From Blastocladiella emersonii ATCC 22665 (taxonomy: Eukaryota; Fungi; Blastocladiomycota): 64,000 bases of DNA. The stretch covers positions 4,030,001-4,094,000 of the forward strand of contig JANHCV010000001.1 of the NCBI GenBank assembly GCA_025594325.1. The letters are read 5' to 3'. Each line of letters starts with the position of its first letter. Position 1 is the stretch's first letter. Positions 36,101 through 49,300 of this stretch are shown piece after piece. A program made the position numbers and the translations under genes. The notes below the pieces were generated by a model. It had not been told where the DNA came from. It made no database searches and saw nothing but the letters and a program-made list of their open reading frames with translations.

Positions 36101-37317
36101 TGCTCCGAGTACTGGATTCCGTCGGGCCAGGGCTACGCGTCCATGATCAAGTACATCAAGGAGCTCCCGCTGCTGCAGAGCCCGCAGGCGTTCGGGATCC
36201 ACGAGAACGGCGACATCACACGCCAGCTCGCCGAGACGCGCACCTTCTTCGACTCGATCCTCAAGACGCAGGAGAAGGCGATTGGCGGGGGCGGGGGCGG
36301 CGCGGCCAAGACGGCCGACGAGATGGTGTCCGAGGTCGCGGCCGACATTCTCAAGAAGGTGCCCAAGCCGTTCGCCATCGACGAGATCCTCGAAAAGTCC
36401 CCCGTCAGCTACAAGGAGAGCATGAACATGGTCCTCGTGCAGGAGTGCATCCGGTACAACCGGCTGCTCACCATCGTGCACGCGTCCATGGCCAACGTGC
36501 AGAAGGCCATCAAGGGTCTCGTCGTCATGTCGTCCGAGCTCGAGGACGCGTTCAAGTGCATGATGATCTCCAAGGTACCGACATCGTGGGCCGGCAAGTC
36601 GTACCCGTCGCTCAAGCCGCTCGGCGGCTACGTCAACGACCTGGTCGCCCGCATCAAGTTCCTGCAGAACTGGTACGAGGAGGGCGCGCCGACCGTCTTT
36701 TGGCTGTCGGGCTTCTACTTTACGCAGTCGTTCATCACTGGTACGCTTTTTCGAGGCCCCGTTGCAGCGGCGGGCCGTGCTGACACTCGCTCAATCCGTA
36801 GCAACGCTGCAAAACTACGCGCGGCGGTACACGGTGCCCATCGACGAGCTGGGCGTCGACTTTGAGCTGATGCTCGACCCGGCCAAGTGCGAGACGCGGC
36901 CCGAGGACGGCGCCTATGTCAACGGCGTCTTCATGGAGGGCGCGCGGATCGATCCAGACGCTGGCGTACTGACCGAGTCGCAGTCCAAGGTGCTCTTCAG
37001 CTCGCTGCCCATCGTACGTTTCTCGCTGCCGCGTCCTGGATCGTTGGCCACGGTGCTGACCACTGTCGTCCTACTTCCAGATCTGGCTGAAGCCCATCAA
37101 GACGGCCGACATTCCAAAGCACATCAAGCGGGCCGGCGACGACCGACAGCTCGAGGTGTACCGGTGCCCGCTGTACAAGACGTCGGCGCGCCGTGGTATC
37201 TTGTCCACGACGGGCCACTCGACCAACTTCGTCATGGCCATGCGGCTGCCCAGCGCGTTGCCCGAGAAGCACTGGGTCCTGCGCGGAACAGCCGGTCTGC
37301 TGTCGCTGGACGATTAG
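24130..37317 (+). CDS. Axonemal inner-arm dynein heavy chain (DNAH3/7/12 group)
   Basis: DHC_N2, AAA1 ([22 protein letters not shown]), AAA2-4 P-loops ([25 protein letters not shown]), stalk/MTBD, AAA5 ([10 protein letters not shown]), AAA6 (WVVLQNCHL) and C-terminal [21 protein letters not shown]. About a dozen short introns; start is approximate. Confidence 0.95.
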
Positions 37318-37401
37318 ACAAGGATCTCATGTACCACTACTATTTGATTGTTGTTCGCTACAAATTTGATGTTTTTGATTCACGACCACGAATGAATGCG
37401 C

Positions 37402-38268
37402 TCACACGACAGCGCCCGACAGCCCGCTGCCAAAGAACTCGACGCCCTTGTCGACGACCTTGAACTGCAGCTGTAGCGCGTCGGGCAGCAGCGATGGTGC
37501 GGAGCCGCAGTGAAGCGCGGTCGCGACGCTCGCCTTGCCGCGTGCGACGACGAGCTGGCCATGGACATCGCGCGAGTAGCCGCTCGGCAGGCCCTTACAC
37601 ACGAGCACGAGATTGGCGAGGGCCACGGTGCCGTACGCGAGCTGCGCCGCTTCGTCAAGTCCCAGGTCGACCTGCGTCTGCGTAATCAGCGTGGCGCCAG
37701 TCTACACCGCATCAATCGTCAGCAAGCGAGTAACCGCACGGGAATCGGCGCGTCGTACCGATTCCGCGAGCTGAACGAGCTTGCGCACGAACAGCAACAC
37801 ATGCCGCACATCGATCGCGTCGTAAACGAACGGCATCAGATCGTCAAGAAGAATCACGGGCGCGCGGCCCGCAAACTCGCCCTGAACCCGCTCGGCGATG
37901 ATCTCGTACAGGTTCGCCAGGACCTGCGGGTGCGAGTGCAAGTACACGACGGTCGGCCGCGCCGCATCCGGCGAGCTTCTCGGCCGCTCGTCCGTGCCGA
38001 CTGCGTGGTACTGCGTCAGCGCGTCAACGAACAGCAGGCGGTCGCGCCCCAGCTGGCCGAGCTGGACGTTCCCGCCGAGCTTGCGGCACGTCTGCTGGTA
38101 GTGCAGGAACACGTCCTGCGTCGAGACTAGGATAACGGGACGGTGCAGCGTTGCGAGCGCGGCGTGGGTCAACAGCGGCAGGAAGAAGGCCGCGCTCGCC
38201 GTGCTCTCGTGCGAGATGGCGAGGTGCCGGTGGTCGTTGATGCGCAGATGCTGGATCAGATCGAACAT
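37402..38268 (-). CDS. ELP6: Elongator complex subunit 6
   Basis: RecA-like HYQQTCRKLG..., LFVDAL, VILLDDL. After an intron, exon 2 has KGLPSGYSRDVHGQL and LQFKVVDKGVEFF. A small upstream exon is possible. Confidence 0.8.
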
Positions 38269-38516
38269 GGTCTACGCGCGCGCGAGCACCGACACGAGTA
38301 AGCGATCAGCTCACTGGTCTCATTTCATTGCATCAAGTGTGTTTCATGGAGGAGTTGAGCATTCATACCGGGTTGCGGTGATGGGGGAGAAGCAGCAGCT
38401 GGCCGATGACCGTCGCGCTCAAGCGGATCGAGCGTCCAAGGGCCAAGGGCGAACCAAACCAAACTCCATGTATTTTCACGATATGCATCATGTACTAGCG
38501 CGCAGCCGGTGATGAA

Positions 38517-41500
38517 TCAGCGCCGCTGCTTCTTGCTGGGTGGTGCGGGCCGCTCGTCCTCGCGGCCGCGCTTCTTGTCGTCGGCGCGGCGCGCCTTCTC
38601 CTCGAGCTCGTCCCAGTCCTCGCCCGACGAGTAGTCCTCTTCGGATCCGGACTCGGAGTCCTCCTCGTCGAACGCCGACGCCTCGGAGCTGTAGTCGGTG
38701 CTCGACGCGCCGTCGAACCCGTCCGACTCGCCCTCGAACTCGGACGCCGACTCCTCGGACGCCGAGTGGTCCTGGTCCTGGCCGCCGCCGAGGAACGTCC
38801 AGCCGCCGTCGTTGAAGAAGGCCGCGGGGTCCTCGTTGATGGTCTTCATGATGGTCGTCCAGTTGAGGTTGACGGGACCCTCGGAGAAGAGAATGTCGTT
38901 GGTGCTACACGCGAGGGCCAGCAACGAGTCAGTGAACCTGCGAGGCAACCTAGAAGCAGCGAGGAAGCAACGTACTCGAGCCAGTCGCGAACCAGGTCGA
39001 GCTCCGAAATCGGGATCGAGTTGATGTGGACGGGCGTGCGCGTGTAGTCGGAGAAGACAAAGACCATGTCAAAGTTCTTGAGCCCGAACTGGACGCGCTC
39101 GAGGTGCACCACCTCGATCTCGGAGATGGTGATGATGGTGAAGGGCGGGTCCGTGAGGTGCACGAGGCAGTTCTCGGTCGGCTGCAGCAGCACGTTGGCG
39201 CGGTGCGGCACGCCCGAGAAGGCGAGGTCGCGGTACGGGATGTCGAGCTGGAACTTGCGGCCCGCCGCGTCCACCACCTTGCTGGCAAACTCCTTGAACT
39301 CCTTGTTGAGCTTGATGCGGCGCCGCTTCTCCTCCTGCTCCTGCTGCAGCTCGTCCTCGTCGCCGTACGTCTGGCGCCGGCGCCGGTTGCCCGTCTCGTC
39401 GAAGGACACGTCGGTGGCCTCGCGGTAGAACTGCACGTCACGCGTCTTCTTCTTGCCAATCATGATCGAGTTCTTGAGGTGCACGTGCAGGATCACGATG
39501 AGCTCGTTGTCGCACGGCTGGAAGAAGAAGTGCTGGACGTTGTTGAACAGGATGTCGATGCGGTTCTCGGCCTTGACGCGCGACCGGTACCGGAGACCGT
39601 TCGAGTGGATCTCGAGGTCGCCGGGCAGCCGCTTGGCGTCCTGCGTCGGGCGCGCGTACACGTCGAAGAGCGCCACGGGCTTGAACTTGGACACCTCGAT
39701 CAGGCGGTCCTGCTCGACAATGTCGGCCTTGTCCTTGCGCTCGGCCTCGGCCTTGGTCGCCTGCTTCTTCATCTCGTTGATCTGGCGGTACACCTCGGTG
39801 AGGCGCGCCGTGTCCGTGGACCGGTACGACAGCGTCTTGATGAAGGTGGCGTTGGGGTTCTCGAACGGGGTCTCCTCCTTGCGGCCAATCGCCTGCCCGG
39901 GCGAGATGAGGTTGAACCGCAGGTACACGTACTCGCCCTCGTCGTTCTTGGTCACGTTCTTGAGCGTGCTGATGTGGAAGGGCACCGTGAGCCCGTACAC
40001 GGGGAGGAGGAAGGTCTCGCTGCGCGGGTCGACCATGATGCGGAGCCCGGCCTCGCGCGGGATGTTGGTGTCCTTCTTGTACGACTCGAACTTGCGGAAC
40101 ACGGGCTTGTCCGACTCGCGCGCGGGCCCGTTGGCCGATGCGAACCGGCGCAGCCCGTCCTCCTGCTTGGCGCGCGCGAGCTCGGCCTGGTGCTCGCGGC
40201 GGCGCGACTCGCCCGCCTCGCTGGTCTCGCCGCCGCGCGTCTTGTTCTTGAGCACGGCCGACGCCTGGCGGCTGCGCGGGAGCTCGGGCTTGACCTCCTT
40301 CTTGACAGCGGCCTTGGCGGGCGCGGGCGCGGGCTCCTCGTCGAAGATGAGGCACACCTCGGACGCGTCGCGCGTGCAGTCCGACGTGAGGATGGTGGTC
40401 TTCTCGGCGCCGACGACCACCGTGTCGGCAAGGTGCAGCGCGTACAGCTTGCCGGCGGCGTCGGGCGCCGACGGGTTCTCGAGGTTCTGGAAGCTGACCG
40501 AGAGGTTGAAGACGGCGTTGAGCGGGATCTCCGTGTCGTTCTTGGCGTTGAGAATGTACTGCACCTCGCGGAACTCGAGGCCGATGCCGAACCCGAGGTT
40601 CTTGGTGAAGTTGGCCTCGAGGTCGGGGCGCTTGTTCTTGACGTAGCCGACGGCCTTGTTGTAGATCTCCTTGCACTTGGCGCCGGGGCGCAGGATCGAC
40701 AGCACGAAGCCGTACAGCTCGAGCAGGAACTCGTAGTTCTTGTCCTGGGCTTTGGTCGGGTTGATGAGCATGGTGCGGGCAATGTTGCTGCAGTAGCTGC
40801 GGTAGCGGACGCCAAGCGTGCACAGGATGGTGCCGGCGTGCAGCGTCTTGGTGTTGCTCTGGGCCGACGGGCGCAGATCGTACTCGCCGCCACTCTGCAC
40901 GACGGGCAGGTAGCACCAGTCGACCGAGGGCAGGTCGGCGTCGGCGGGGAACTTGAGGCGCTTGGCGTGCTGGTTGATCTTGTCGGTGAGCAGGTCGTCC
41001 ATGCGCAGCGAGAGGGCCTCGTGCGTGACCACCTTCTCCTCGTCGATGGTCTCCATGACGTCGAGGTAGAAGAAGTTCTTCATGATGGCGGCGGCGATCT
41101 TGGACGCGGTGCTCATCTGCCGGAGCTCGATCTGGTCCTTGGTGCCCATGGCGAAGGCGGCGCCAATCGAGGCGTCGACCGTCTGCATGCCCGAGGCCTC
41201 GACGGCGGCCTGCCACTCGGGCGCGAACTTGCCCGAGAGGCGGTCGCGCGGGAAGATGCCGAGCGATTTCTACACAAACGGCGGGGCGGGTGTTCAGAGT
41301 CAGTCGGGGCTGCTCAGTGGGACGCGCAGCTCGCGAGGGGAAACGTACGCCCTCGCCCGAAGCCTTGGCGACGTCAAAGAACTGCGGGAGCTGCGAGTCC
41401 TCCTTGGTGCGCCGGAGGATGTTGACGGGGACGGAGCCCGACAGGATCGGCTCGAGGTACGTGGCTATGCGAAGCGCGAGAGAGAAAGTGTCAGCGCGTG

Positions 41501-42047
41501 CTGCGGGCGTGTCTCGGACGGATGCGACGCACCCTTCTTGGCCGACGTGAGGATGGTGAAGGTGCCATCGCGCGTGATGAGGAAGACGGTGTCGGTGAAC
41601 TCGTAACCGAGGAGCCACATCTGGAGGGACGCACGATCGAGGGTGAGACATGGCCACTCGGCAGCGTCAATCGCGAGCAAAACGGACCTGAAGCGCGGGG
41701 CCCTTCTGGTAGGGGTTCTCGTCGTCGGTGCCGCCAACGACAACGGCGACCGCGTCGGCGTCACCAAAGAGCGACGGGTTCTCCTGTAGCGAGTGGGATC
41801 GCGACGCAATGAGTCAGAATCACATGCAGGCAGCGGGCGGCCGCTCGCACGCGGGCCTCTCGAGCGCCGCGCGTATACGCGGTGACGCGATTCCCACAGG
41901 GTCTCACGGGAACCACATCAACATCGAGGGCCGGGTGCTCGCACGATGCGCAGCGACAGCGTGGAGCGAGCTGCGACGGACCTGGAAGCTCGCGACCAGC
42001 GCGCCGGCGCGGCGGTGGAACAGCCGTGCGTCGATCTCGACGCTCAT
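38517..42047 (-). CDS. SPT16: FACT complex subunit Spt16
   Basis: [13 protein letters not shown] start, [13 protein letters not shown], peptidase-like N-domain ([28 protein letters not shown]), [42 protein letters not shown]-type motif and acidic tail. Confidence 0.96.
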
Positions 42048-42568
42048 GGTGTCGGAGCGGGTCTGCGAGTGGGTTTGCGCGGGCTGAGGGTCCGGGAGCG
42101 TGCACGGGGGTCGGGATCGGCCGTGCAGAGGCGCTATATTGCGCGGAGTGATATTCCGCGGGCGAGTAGAGCTTCGTTGCAGGGAGAGAGAGAGAGCGCA
42201 GCGCGGCGGATTGCACCGTCTTCTTCTGTCGTTCTCAGCTGGGGGAGAGAGGGGACGAGACGGCTGCATGCGGCCGCGGGACGATTCGTCGCGTTCGCGA
42301 ACTGGCTCGCGAGCATCACGTCCGGTCACGCTCGGTTTCGAGATGGGTATCCGCATGTGCATTCGGATGCGGCCGATCACTCATGCGACGCGCCCCACGG
42401 GGCCGCCCCACGCCGCCCACCCGCACGCGCGCACGCGTCGCGGAGTCGACGATCCCGCCTGATAAACTCGGGCGGCTGCCCTCGCGCACGCCGCCCGGCT
42501 CGCTCTCTCTCTTCCGCTGGCGACCAACTAGACGATCCGCCGCCCTATTGCCACGTAAACAAACGAAC

Positions 42569-43688
42569 ATGTCATCGACCACGAACCTCGGCGTCCTCGG
42601 CCTCGCCGGCCTCGTCGGCGCCGTCTTCCTCGCCAGCCCCGAGCACACGACGCTCGCCGCGGCCGGCGCCGTGGTCGGCTCTGTCCTGCTGTTCGTCCTC
42701 GCCGGCACTGGCTCCTCCAGTATGTAACACGGCGGCGCTCTTCGGGATCCGCGACGCGCCGACCAACGATGCTGACGAGGAACCTTCGCCGTGGCCCCTG
42801 CCTCCAGAGGTCAAGGTCGCCCTGTCGACCGAGGAGTGGCGCGACTTCCCGCTCATCTCCAAGGAGCAGCTGTCGCCCAACACGGCCATCTACCGCTTCA
42901 AGCTGCAGACCCCCGACACGATCCTCGGCCTCCCGATCGGCCAGCACGTCTCCATCAAGGCCCGCATCGGCGACAAGGACGTGCAGCGCTCGTACACGCC
43001 CGTCAGCTCCGACGACGACAAGGGCATCATCGACCTGCTCGTCAAGACCTACCCGACCGGCAACATCTCCAAGGTCTTTGCCGACCTCAAGCCCGGAGAC
43101 AAGATCACCATGAAGGGCCCCAAGGGCTCCTTCAAGTACACGCCCAACATGTGCCGCGCCATTGCCATGATCGCCGGCGGCACGGGCCTCACGCCCATGC
43201 TCCAGGGTACGCTGTCGCGACGTTCGGCCTTCCGCGAACCCTCGCTGACCTAAACCCGCGCGCAGTCATCAAGGCCATCCTCAAGAACCCCGAGGACAGC
43301 ACCAAGGTCAGCTTCATCTTCGCCAACGTCAGCTACGACGACATCCTCCTCAAGGACGAGCTCGACAAGCTCGCCGCGACCCACTCGGACCGCTTCACCG
43401 TCCACTACGTGCTCAACAGCGTGCGTCTTCTAATCCATGAGCGTGTGTCCTAGATCGAGCGACTGACCCGCGATGCACATGTAGCCGCCCCCCAACTGGA
43501 CCGGCAGCGCCGGCTTTGTCACCAAGGACGTTGTCTCGGCGCACCTGCCCGCCCCCGCCAAGGACGTCAAGCTCCTGCTCTGCGGCCCGCCGCCCATGGT
43601 CAAGGCCATGACCGCCATCGCCGAGGAGCTCGGCTTCGACAAGGCCCAGACCATCTCCAAGGCTGCCGACCAGGTCTTCAAGTTCTGA
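42569..43688 (+). CDS. CBR1: NADH-cytochrome b5 reductase
   Basis: N-terminal TM anchor, [47 protein letters not shown]. Three short introns. Confidence 0.93.
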
Positions 43689-43889
43689 GCTTGTCGTCGA
43701 CCCCGTTTTGGATATCCCCCTACCCTCATTGCACAATTACGGCCGACTTTTCATCGAATCTTGCTCGACCGCAGTCAGTTCGTGTCGGGCGCCGACGAGA
43801 AGCTCCATGGACGATCGCGAACACTCGACGAACGAGTTCGCGAACCTGTCATCCGACGGCGACAGTTAGAGGACGGCGCGCAAGGCATC

Positions 43890-44253
43890 AACGTGAAGCG
43901 AGCCGGAGAGGTCGGCACGTTCCAGGCCACCCGTGGAAAGGGCCGTGGCGGTGGCGGATGGCGCAACGCGAAAACGTTTTGCGGCGGCGCCGCACCGCCC
44001 GCGCCAGGGACACAAAAACGTGTGCAGTCGCCTCCGGCCGAACAACCGCCGAACGCTTGTGGCGCAAGCTGAAAACGTTCGGACACGCTTCTGGCCGTGC
44101 GCTGGCGGGCTTTCGGCAGCTCGAGAACACGCGGGAAGGGAGGTCTCGAGAGCAGCTGACGCGAGCGAGCGAGGGAACGTGCACGAACGAGGTGCGGAAG
44201 CCTTCTGAATCCGCCCGCCCGTCGCAGAGCCGTTCAAACACGTTGAGCACGTT
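43890..44253. promoter_or_regulatory. Cluster of CACGTT/AACGTT sites upstream of the MFS gene
   Basis: CACGTT or its complement AACGTG at 43890, 43916, 44017, 44176, 44239 and 44248; AACGTT at 43973 and 44074. Confidence 0.5.
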
Positions 44254-44480
44254 CGCTGTGCTCGCAGGCTGCCCGCACCCGCTTCCATCACCTAGCAAAC
44301 TCGAGCGCGGAGACTATAAGTACCTCGAGCGTCCCCGCGCTCCCATCTCGCTGTTTCCCCAGGATCACCAACCATCACCCTCTGCTACGCACCGACGACG
44401 GACGACGGCCCTCGCACATCACCCTAGACCACCCGACCACCCGACCACCGACCACCAACAACTCGTACAACCTCACCAAG

Positions 44481-46043
44481 ATGGGTCTCTACGACGGCTT
44501 CTCGGCGGCCGAGAAGAAGAACCTGACGATCTACATTGGCGGCATCATGTGCTATAAGTTTGCGCTCGAGACGCTGACGGGGTGCATGTCCAACATTGTG
44601 CTCAACCGGTACAAGGTGGCGCCGGCGGCGACGTGGGGCACGGTGGTGTCGGTCAACTACGCGGCGCAGTCGATTGGGTCGCTGCTCGTGTCGCCGCTCA
44701 TCAAGCGGTGGCCGACGTCGCGCGTGCTGGCCATGTCCATCTTCCTGTTCGGCCTGCTGGTGGCGATCGTGCCCGTGCTCGAGGCGACGACGGGCGGCGG
44801 GTCGACGGGGCTCGGCAACGAGAAGACGTACAAGGCGGGCGACTGGAACCCGTTCATCGTGGCGGTGCTGTTCCCGATCGTCGGCATCTTCCACGGCATC
44901 ATCGAGCTGATCCGCCGCGTCATCCCGCGCGACATTGTCGGCTCGGACCCGTCCAAGCTCAAGCGCATGGACTCGACGGTGCACATCTTCTACGAGGTGG
45001 CCGGCACGACGGGCGCGCTGCTCTCAAAGTACTGGATCGCCTACTTCAACTACGCCTACTCGCTGGCCCTGATCCCGATCGCCTTCACGGGCGCGGCGCT
45101 CGTGTGGTCGCGCATCAAGGACGCGACGAGCGAGGCGTACGAGGGGCCCTCCAAGACCAAGCGCGTGTCGGGCAACTTCTTCTCCGAGTTCTTTGCCATC
45201 GTCAAGGCCTTCTTCTACTCGGTGTGGGTCGGCCTCAAGCTCGTGTGCTCGCACCGGTCGCTCGTGTGGCTGATCCCGGCCTACACGCTGCCGCTCGTCC
45301 TGCACCGGTACCTCGAGAACGTGCTGTTCGCGCACTACGCCAACTTTGCGCTGTCGACGGGCTCGTACCAGCAGCTGCTCGTGTCCGGGTCCAACTTTGG
45401 CGAGCTGCTCGGCGCGCTGTTCGTGCTCCTGTTCGCCGACTCGGTCAAGACGCCCATCCCGTGGCTGCGCCTCGACGCCCTGACGCTGCTCTTCGTGTGG
45501 ATCCTGCCGCTCGCGACGCCGTTTGCCAACATCGAGGGCTGGGTGTGGTTCCTCGCGGCGATCGCCGTGCCCGTGTCGTTTGGGTGGGCCGCCGGTGACG
45601 TGTCGCTGGTCGCGTACGTGCAGTCGCGCCTGGCCAAGATCGAGGACTCGGAGGCGACCGTGTCGCCGCTCGGCTCGGTCATGTCGTTCCTGTACGTGCT
45701 GTACATTATCATCTTCGCGCTCGTCAACACGGCCATCGGCAAGGTGCAGGACTCGTTTGTCGCGGACCTGCTCAAGAAGTACGGCTCGGCCAAGAAGTTC
45801 CCCGCGCTGGCCGGCCTCAAGCCGACGCAGGACGCCATGTTCTACACGGCGGGTCTGGTCATGTCGTGCGCCGGCGTGGTCGTGTTCCTGTCGACGTTCA
45901 TCCCCAAGGGCGCGTTTGCGCTCAACCCGGACACGCTCGACGACGACGAGAGCGACCGCGCCCTCGCACAGCACCTCGAGCACGACAAGGCCTCGGAGAC
46001 GGCCAAGGACCGCAAGGAGATCATCGAGGCCATGGTCGCCTAA
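44481..46043 (+). CDS. MFS-type transporter (about 11-12 TM, intronless), substrate unknown
   Basis: 520-aa single ORF with alternating hydrophobic helices and an MFS motif-A-like loop (SPLIKRWPTSRVL). Confidence 0.75.
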   Translation: MGLYDGFSAAEKKNLTIYIGGIMCYKFALETLTGCMSNIVLNRYKVAPAATWGTVVSVNYAAQSIGSLLVSPLIKRWPTSRVLAMSIFLFGLLVAIVPVLEATTGGGSTGLGNEKTYKAGDWNPFIVAVLFPIVGIFHGIIELIRRVIPRDIVGSDPSKLKRMDSTVHIFYEVAGTTGALLSKYWIAYFNYAYSLALIPIAFTGAALVWSRIKDATSEAYEGPSKTKRVSGNFFSEFFAIVKAFFYSVWVGLKLVCSHRSLVWLIPAYTLPLVLHRYLENVLFAHYANFALSTGSYQQLLVSGSNFGELLGALFVLLFADSVKTPIPWLRLDALTLLFVWILPLATPFANIEGWVWFLAAIAVPVSFGWAAGDVSLVAYVQSRLAKIEDSEATVSPLGSVMSFLYVLYIIIFALVNTAIGKVQDSFVADLLKKYGSAKKFPALAGLKPTQDAMFYTAGLVMSCAGVVVFLSTFIPKGAFALNPDTLDDDESDRALAQHLEHDKASETAKDRKEIIEAMVA

Positions 46044-46373
46044 GGTCGGTCGCCTTTTGTTCTCTGTCTCTACTGGTGTGCTCCTTCCTCTTCCCCAAAG
46101 TTTTGTGTGTGTGTCTCTCGTTGAGCCTGCGCGTGTCCCTCCGTCACGTCGCTGCTCGCGATCGTTTCTTCCCTCCACCCCTCTACCTCGCGCCCTTGAG
46201 CGCAGCGTGATTTGATACATAGACCCCCTCGTGTTTTTGCAAACGTCTTCTTCGCCTCCGTGAATCTGATGGTGTGTTGCAAGTGGCGAGCTTGGTTCTG
46301 TCATGCTCGCGATCAGGTCGCGGATCAAACAAGCCGCCTGCGAGCGCGCGCGCTCAAGAGCTGAGCGTGCAAG

Positions 46374-49300
46374 CAAGGTGTTCCTCTACGACTAGAGTTC
46401 GAGCTCGAAAGGTTGCGGGCAGTGAACGGCGGCGGGAGCACCAGGGCGAGTGCGGAAAGTGGCTCGCTCGGCTTGGGGTCACGCCGACGTGAACGACGCG
46501 ACCCTGCTGCAGGCGCACGTGACCCCGGCTTAGCCGCTTGAATTTGAGATGCACCCGAATATTTTTTTTCTGAGCATTGGATCGTCATCAGGGACCCTCA
46601 GGGACCCCGGAAATGTAAAAATCGCCGAGTCGGCATGTCGGGGTGTCGAGAAGTCGTCCGACCGTGCAAAGTTGAAAAAAACTTTCGGGTTTGGTCGTTT
46701 GGACGAACTCGGCCCGAAACGGCACTTGGGACTTGGCTTCTTGAATTGGACTATCCCTTCGATCGGGCTGATTTTGCGCACATGTACTCAGTATGTGCTA
46801 GGAGCATTATTCGCGGTGGTCTGAGAATTTCTGAGATTTATATGCACTGGGTAGACCGGTGCTCAAAGTTAAATACGCGTAAGAATTCGGCATGGTGTGG
46901 GCCACGCCGCTTTTGGGCTTCACTTCCCGGAACGCCTCACCCCACCTACATCGCACCACCACCCACACCACCACCATGACTATGCCTTGAACAGCGCAAC
47001 GCTGACTAGCTACAGATACCATTCCCCGTAATATACAGCGTTCGGTCTTCTGCCGGCCATCAGCAGTCAGTTGCTCGCCATGAGCGAACGAGCGAGCGTT
47101 GCTGGACGCCTCGTGCAACCCGTCCCGTTGATCTCGGGCCTGATGTGCAACACGCAGGCGCTGGAGCTCCGGTAAAGGACGGAACACGCGCGAACAGTGA
47201 TCAGGGTCGGGATGAACGGGCCGTCTCGCACTTGGCACGTGCGCGAAAGAAACGCGTCGACCCGCAACACGTCGTGCTCCGAGTCCGCCCGCCCGCCCGT
47301 GCCCGCACACACTCGCGCCCGATCCGATATCGCAGGTCGGCCCCATCGCGCGACGCGCGCGTCGCCCGGGCGCGTTGCTGCGCCACCATGGCCATGATCG
47401 CACGTCGTGTTCGCGCGCGCGTTGCAGAACAGTGCTTGCGCGGGCAAAAATCTCCCACGCGTTTGGGCGATCCGCTCGCAGCACAGTCACAGCGTGCGCA
47501 CGCAACCCCGGGAGTCCCCGACGGGGTCCAAAGAAAGCGACGCGGCAACTGACCGACCTGGGGCCGGGCCAACGCGTGAGTCGACCACCGTGGCGAGGCT
47601 ATGGCCGTCGTCGCCCGCCACACCGCACCAAGGTCGGAATCGACGACAAGGCATGATTGAGAGAGATGGGTTGCGGTCCGTTCTGCGCAACCTTTCGCCC
47701 TCGGGACTCGGGACAACGATATACATGGACCAATGTGATTTTGTGATCATGGACTTGGAGCAATGGATTCGCGTGATTGAGTGAGCGAGGAGCGATTCCC
47801 GACAAGATCTGCGCCGTTAGTGCATGTGGGTAGCCCTCGAGGACGACGCGTGGCCGCTCGCGCCGACCTGACCTACCGCGACGGCGCTGATCCTCGGCTC
47901 TCGGCCACGACCACGACGCGTGCTCACTTGGTGCAACCTCGCGCCCTGGCGCGTCGGCGTGGCGGGCCGGCCTGATCAGCGGGCGTACGTCTTCCCTCGG
48001 GTTTCCGCGGCGATCCGACGCACCGGCCCGAGAAGCGGCCGGATCGCCAACCAGCACGACCGTTTCCTCCTTCACACGGCGCGGTCCGGAGTTGGTCGCG
48101 GTGAGTGAAAACACCGCGGCGACGATGCGATCCACGGCCGGCCGGTCCACCACGACCATGGCCATGGCCGCGGCCACGGTGATCGGCCTCGACGCGTTGC
48201 GGCGCTCACACGGCGGCGCCCGGCCCGTCCGTTGTTCGCCATCTCGCGCGCACTCTGTGATCCGCGTGCACGTGCAGGCTGTCCCCCGAGGTCATGTGCT
48301 TCGCTGCACGACGGATTAATCGCAGCAAAACATCACGATCACGGTCGCAGGGGGGAAGGGAGACACTGTTTCCCGCCGCTTGCGGCTTGAACTGTATCCC
48401 AAACCGCTCGCCCACCATTTTTTTCACGACAACAAGGCAACTGACAGGAACATGTACCACGGGGCTGCTGGCCACTCGGCCGGCCGGGGTGCGCTGGGTG
48501 CAGGCCGGCCGGCTGTCCCCTCCCGCCCGCCCGCTCGCTCGCTGCCCCCGCGGACCCTCCGCGGCTCCTTCTCCTCGGCCGCCCCGACACCCCCAAACTG
48601 CTCCCTGTTCGAGCATAAGGATCGGATCATACTACGTATCAACAAACGCATCACCTGTCAACATGTGGAGCTCGATCTCCGCAGTGTGGACCGGTGTCAA
48701 GTCGCTCCTCGGCTTCTCGCTCCGCCCCGTCGCGGTCGAGGAGGCCGCCGCCGCCGAGACTTCGGTCGAGGCCGTGGCCGTGGCCGTCGCCGAGGAGCAG
48801 CAGCAGCAGACGTACGTTTCTCGCTTCTCGACGCCGACCCGCCCGCCCGATCCGATCCGATCACGTATAGACACGCCTTGCCCTGCTCCACCCCCACCTC
48901 TACTCTGCTCGTCCGCCCGATCATGGTGCACGGCCGCGCCGCGCTACGGCGCCCCTCCGTGCCGTCGCGCCGCCGAAGCACGGGCGGAATGCGGCGGCCG
49001 GCGGCCGGCGGCCGGCACCGCCCGATCGATATTCGGGCGGGCGCGAGCCATTGTTCGCGGCGCGCCACCCGCGCGGTGCGGCGCGACGCGTCCGCTGTGA
49101 TCGCGTCGGTTATTATTCATTATCACCTCGCCGTGTCCGCCCTCCCCTCTCCGATCCCACCGCTCCTCCGCATGAATCGCATGGCGACTGACACTTGCCG
49201 CAACGCCGACGTCATCCAGGGCTGCTGCCGAGTGCGCCGTTGAGGGCGCGTGCGGCGACCGCGAGGTCGCCGCGGTCGAGGGTGTCGCCGCCGGCGCCGA

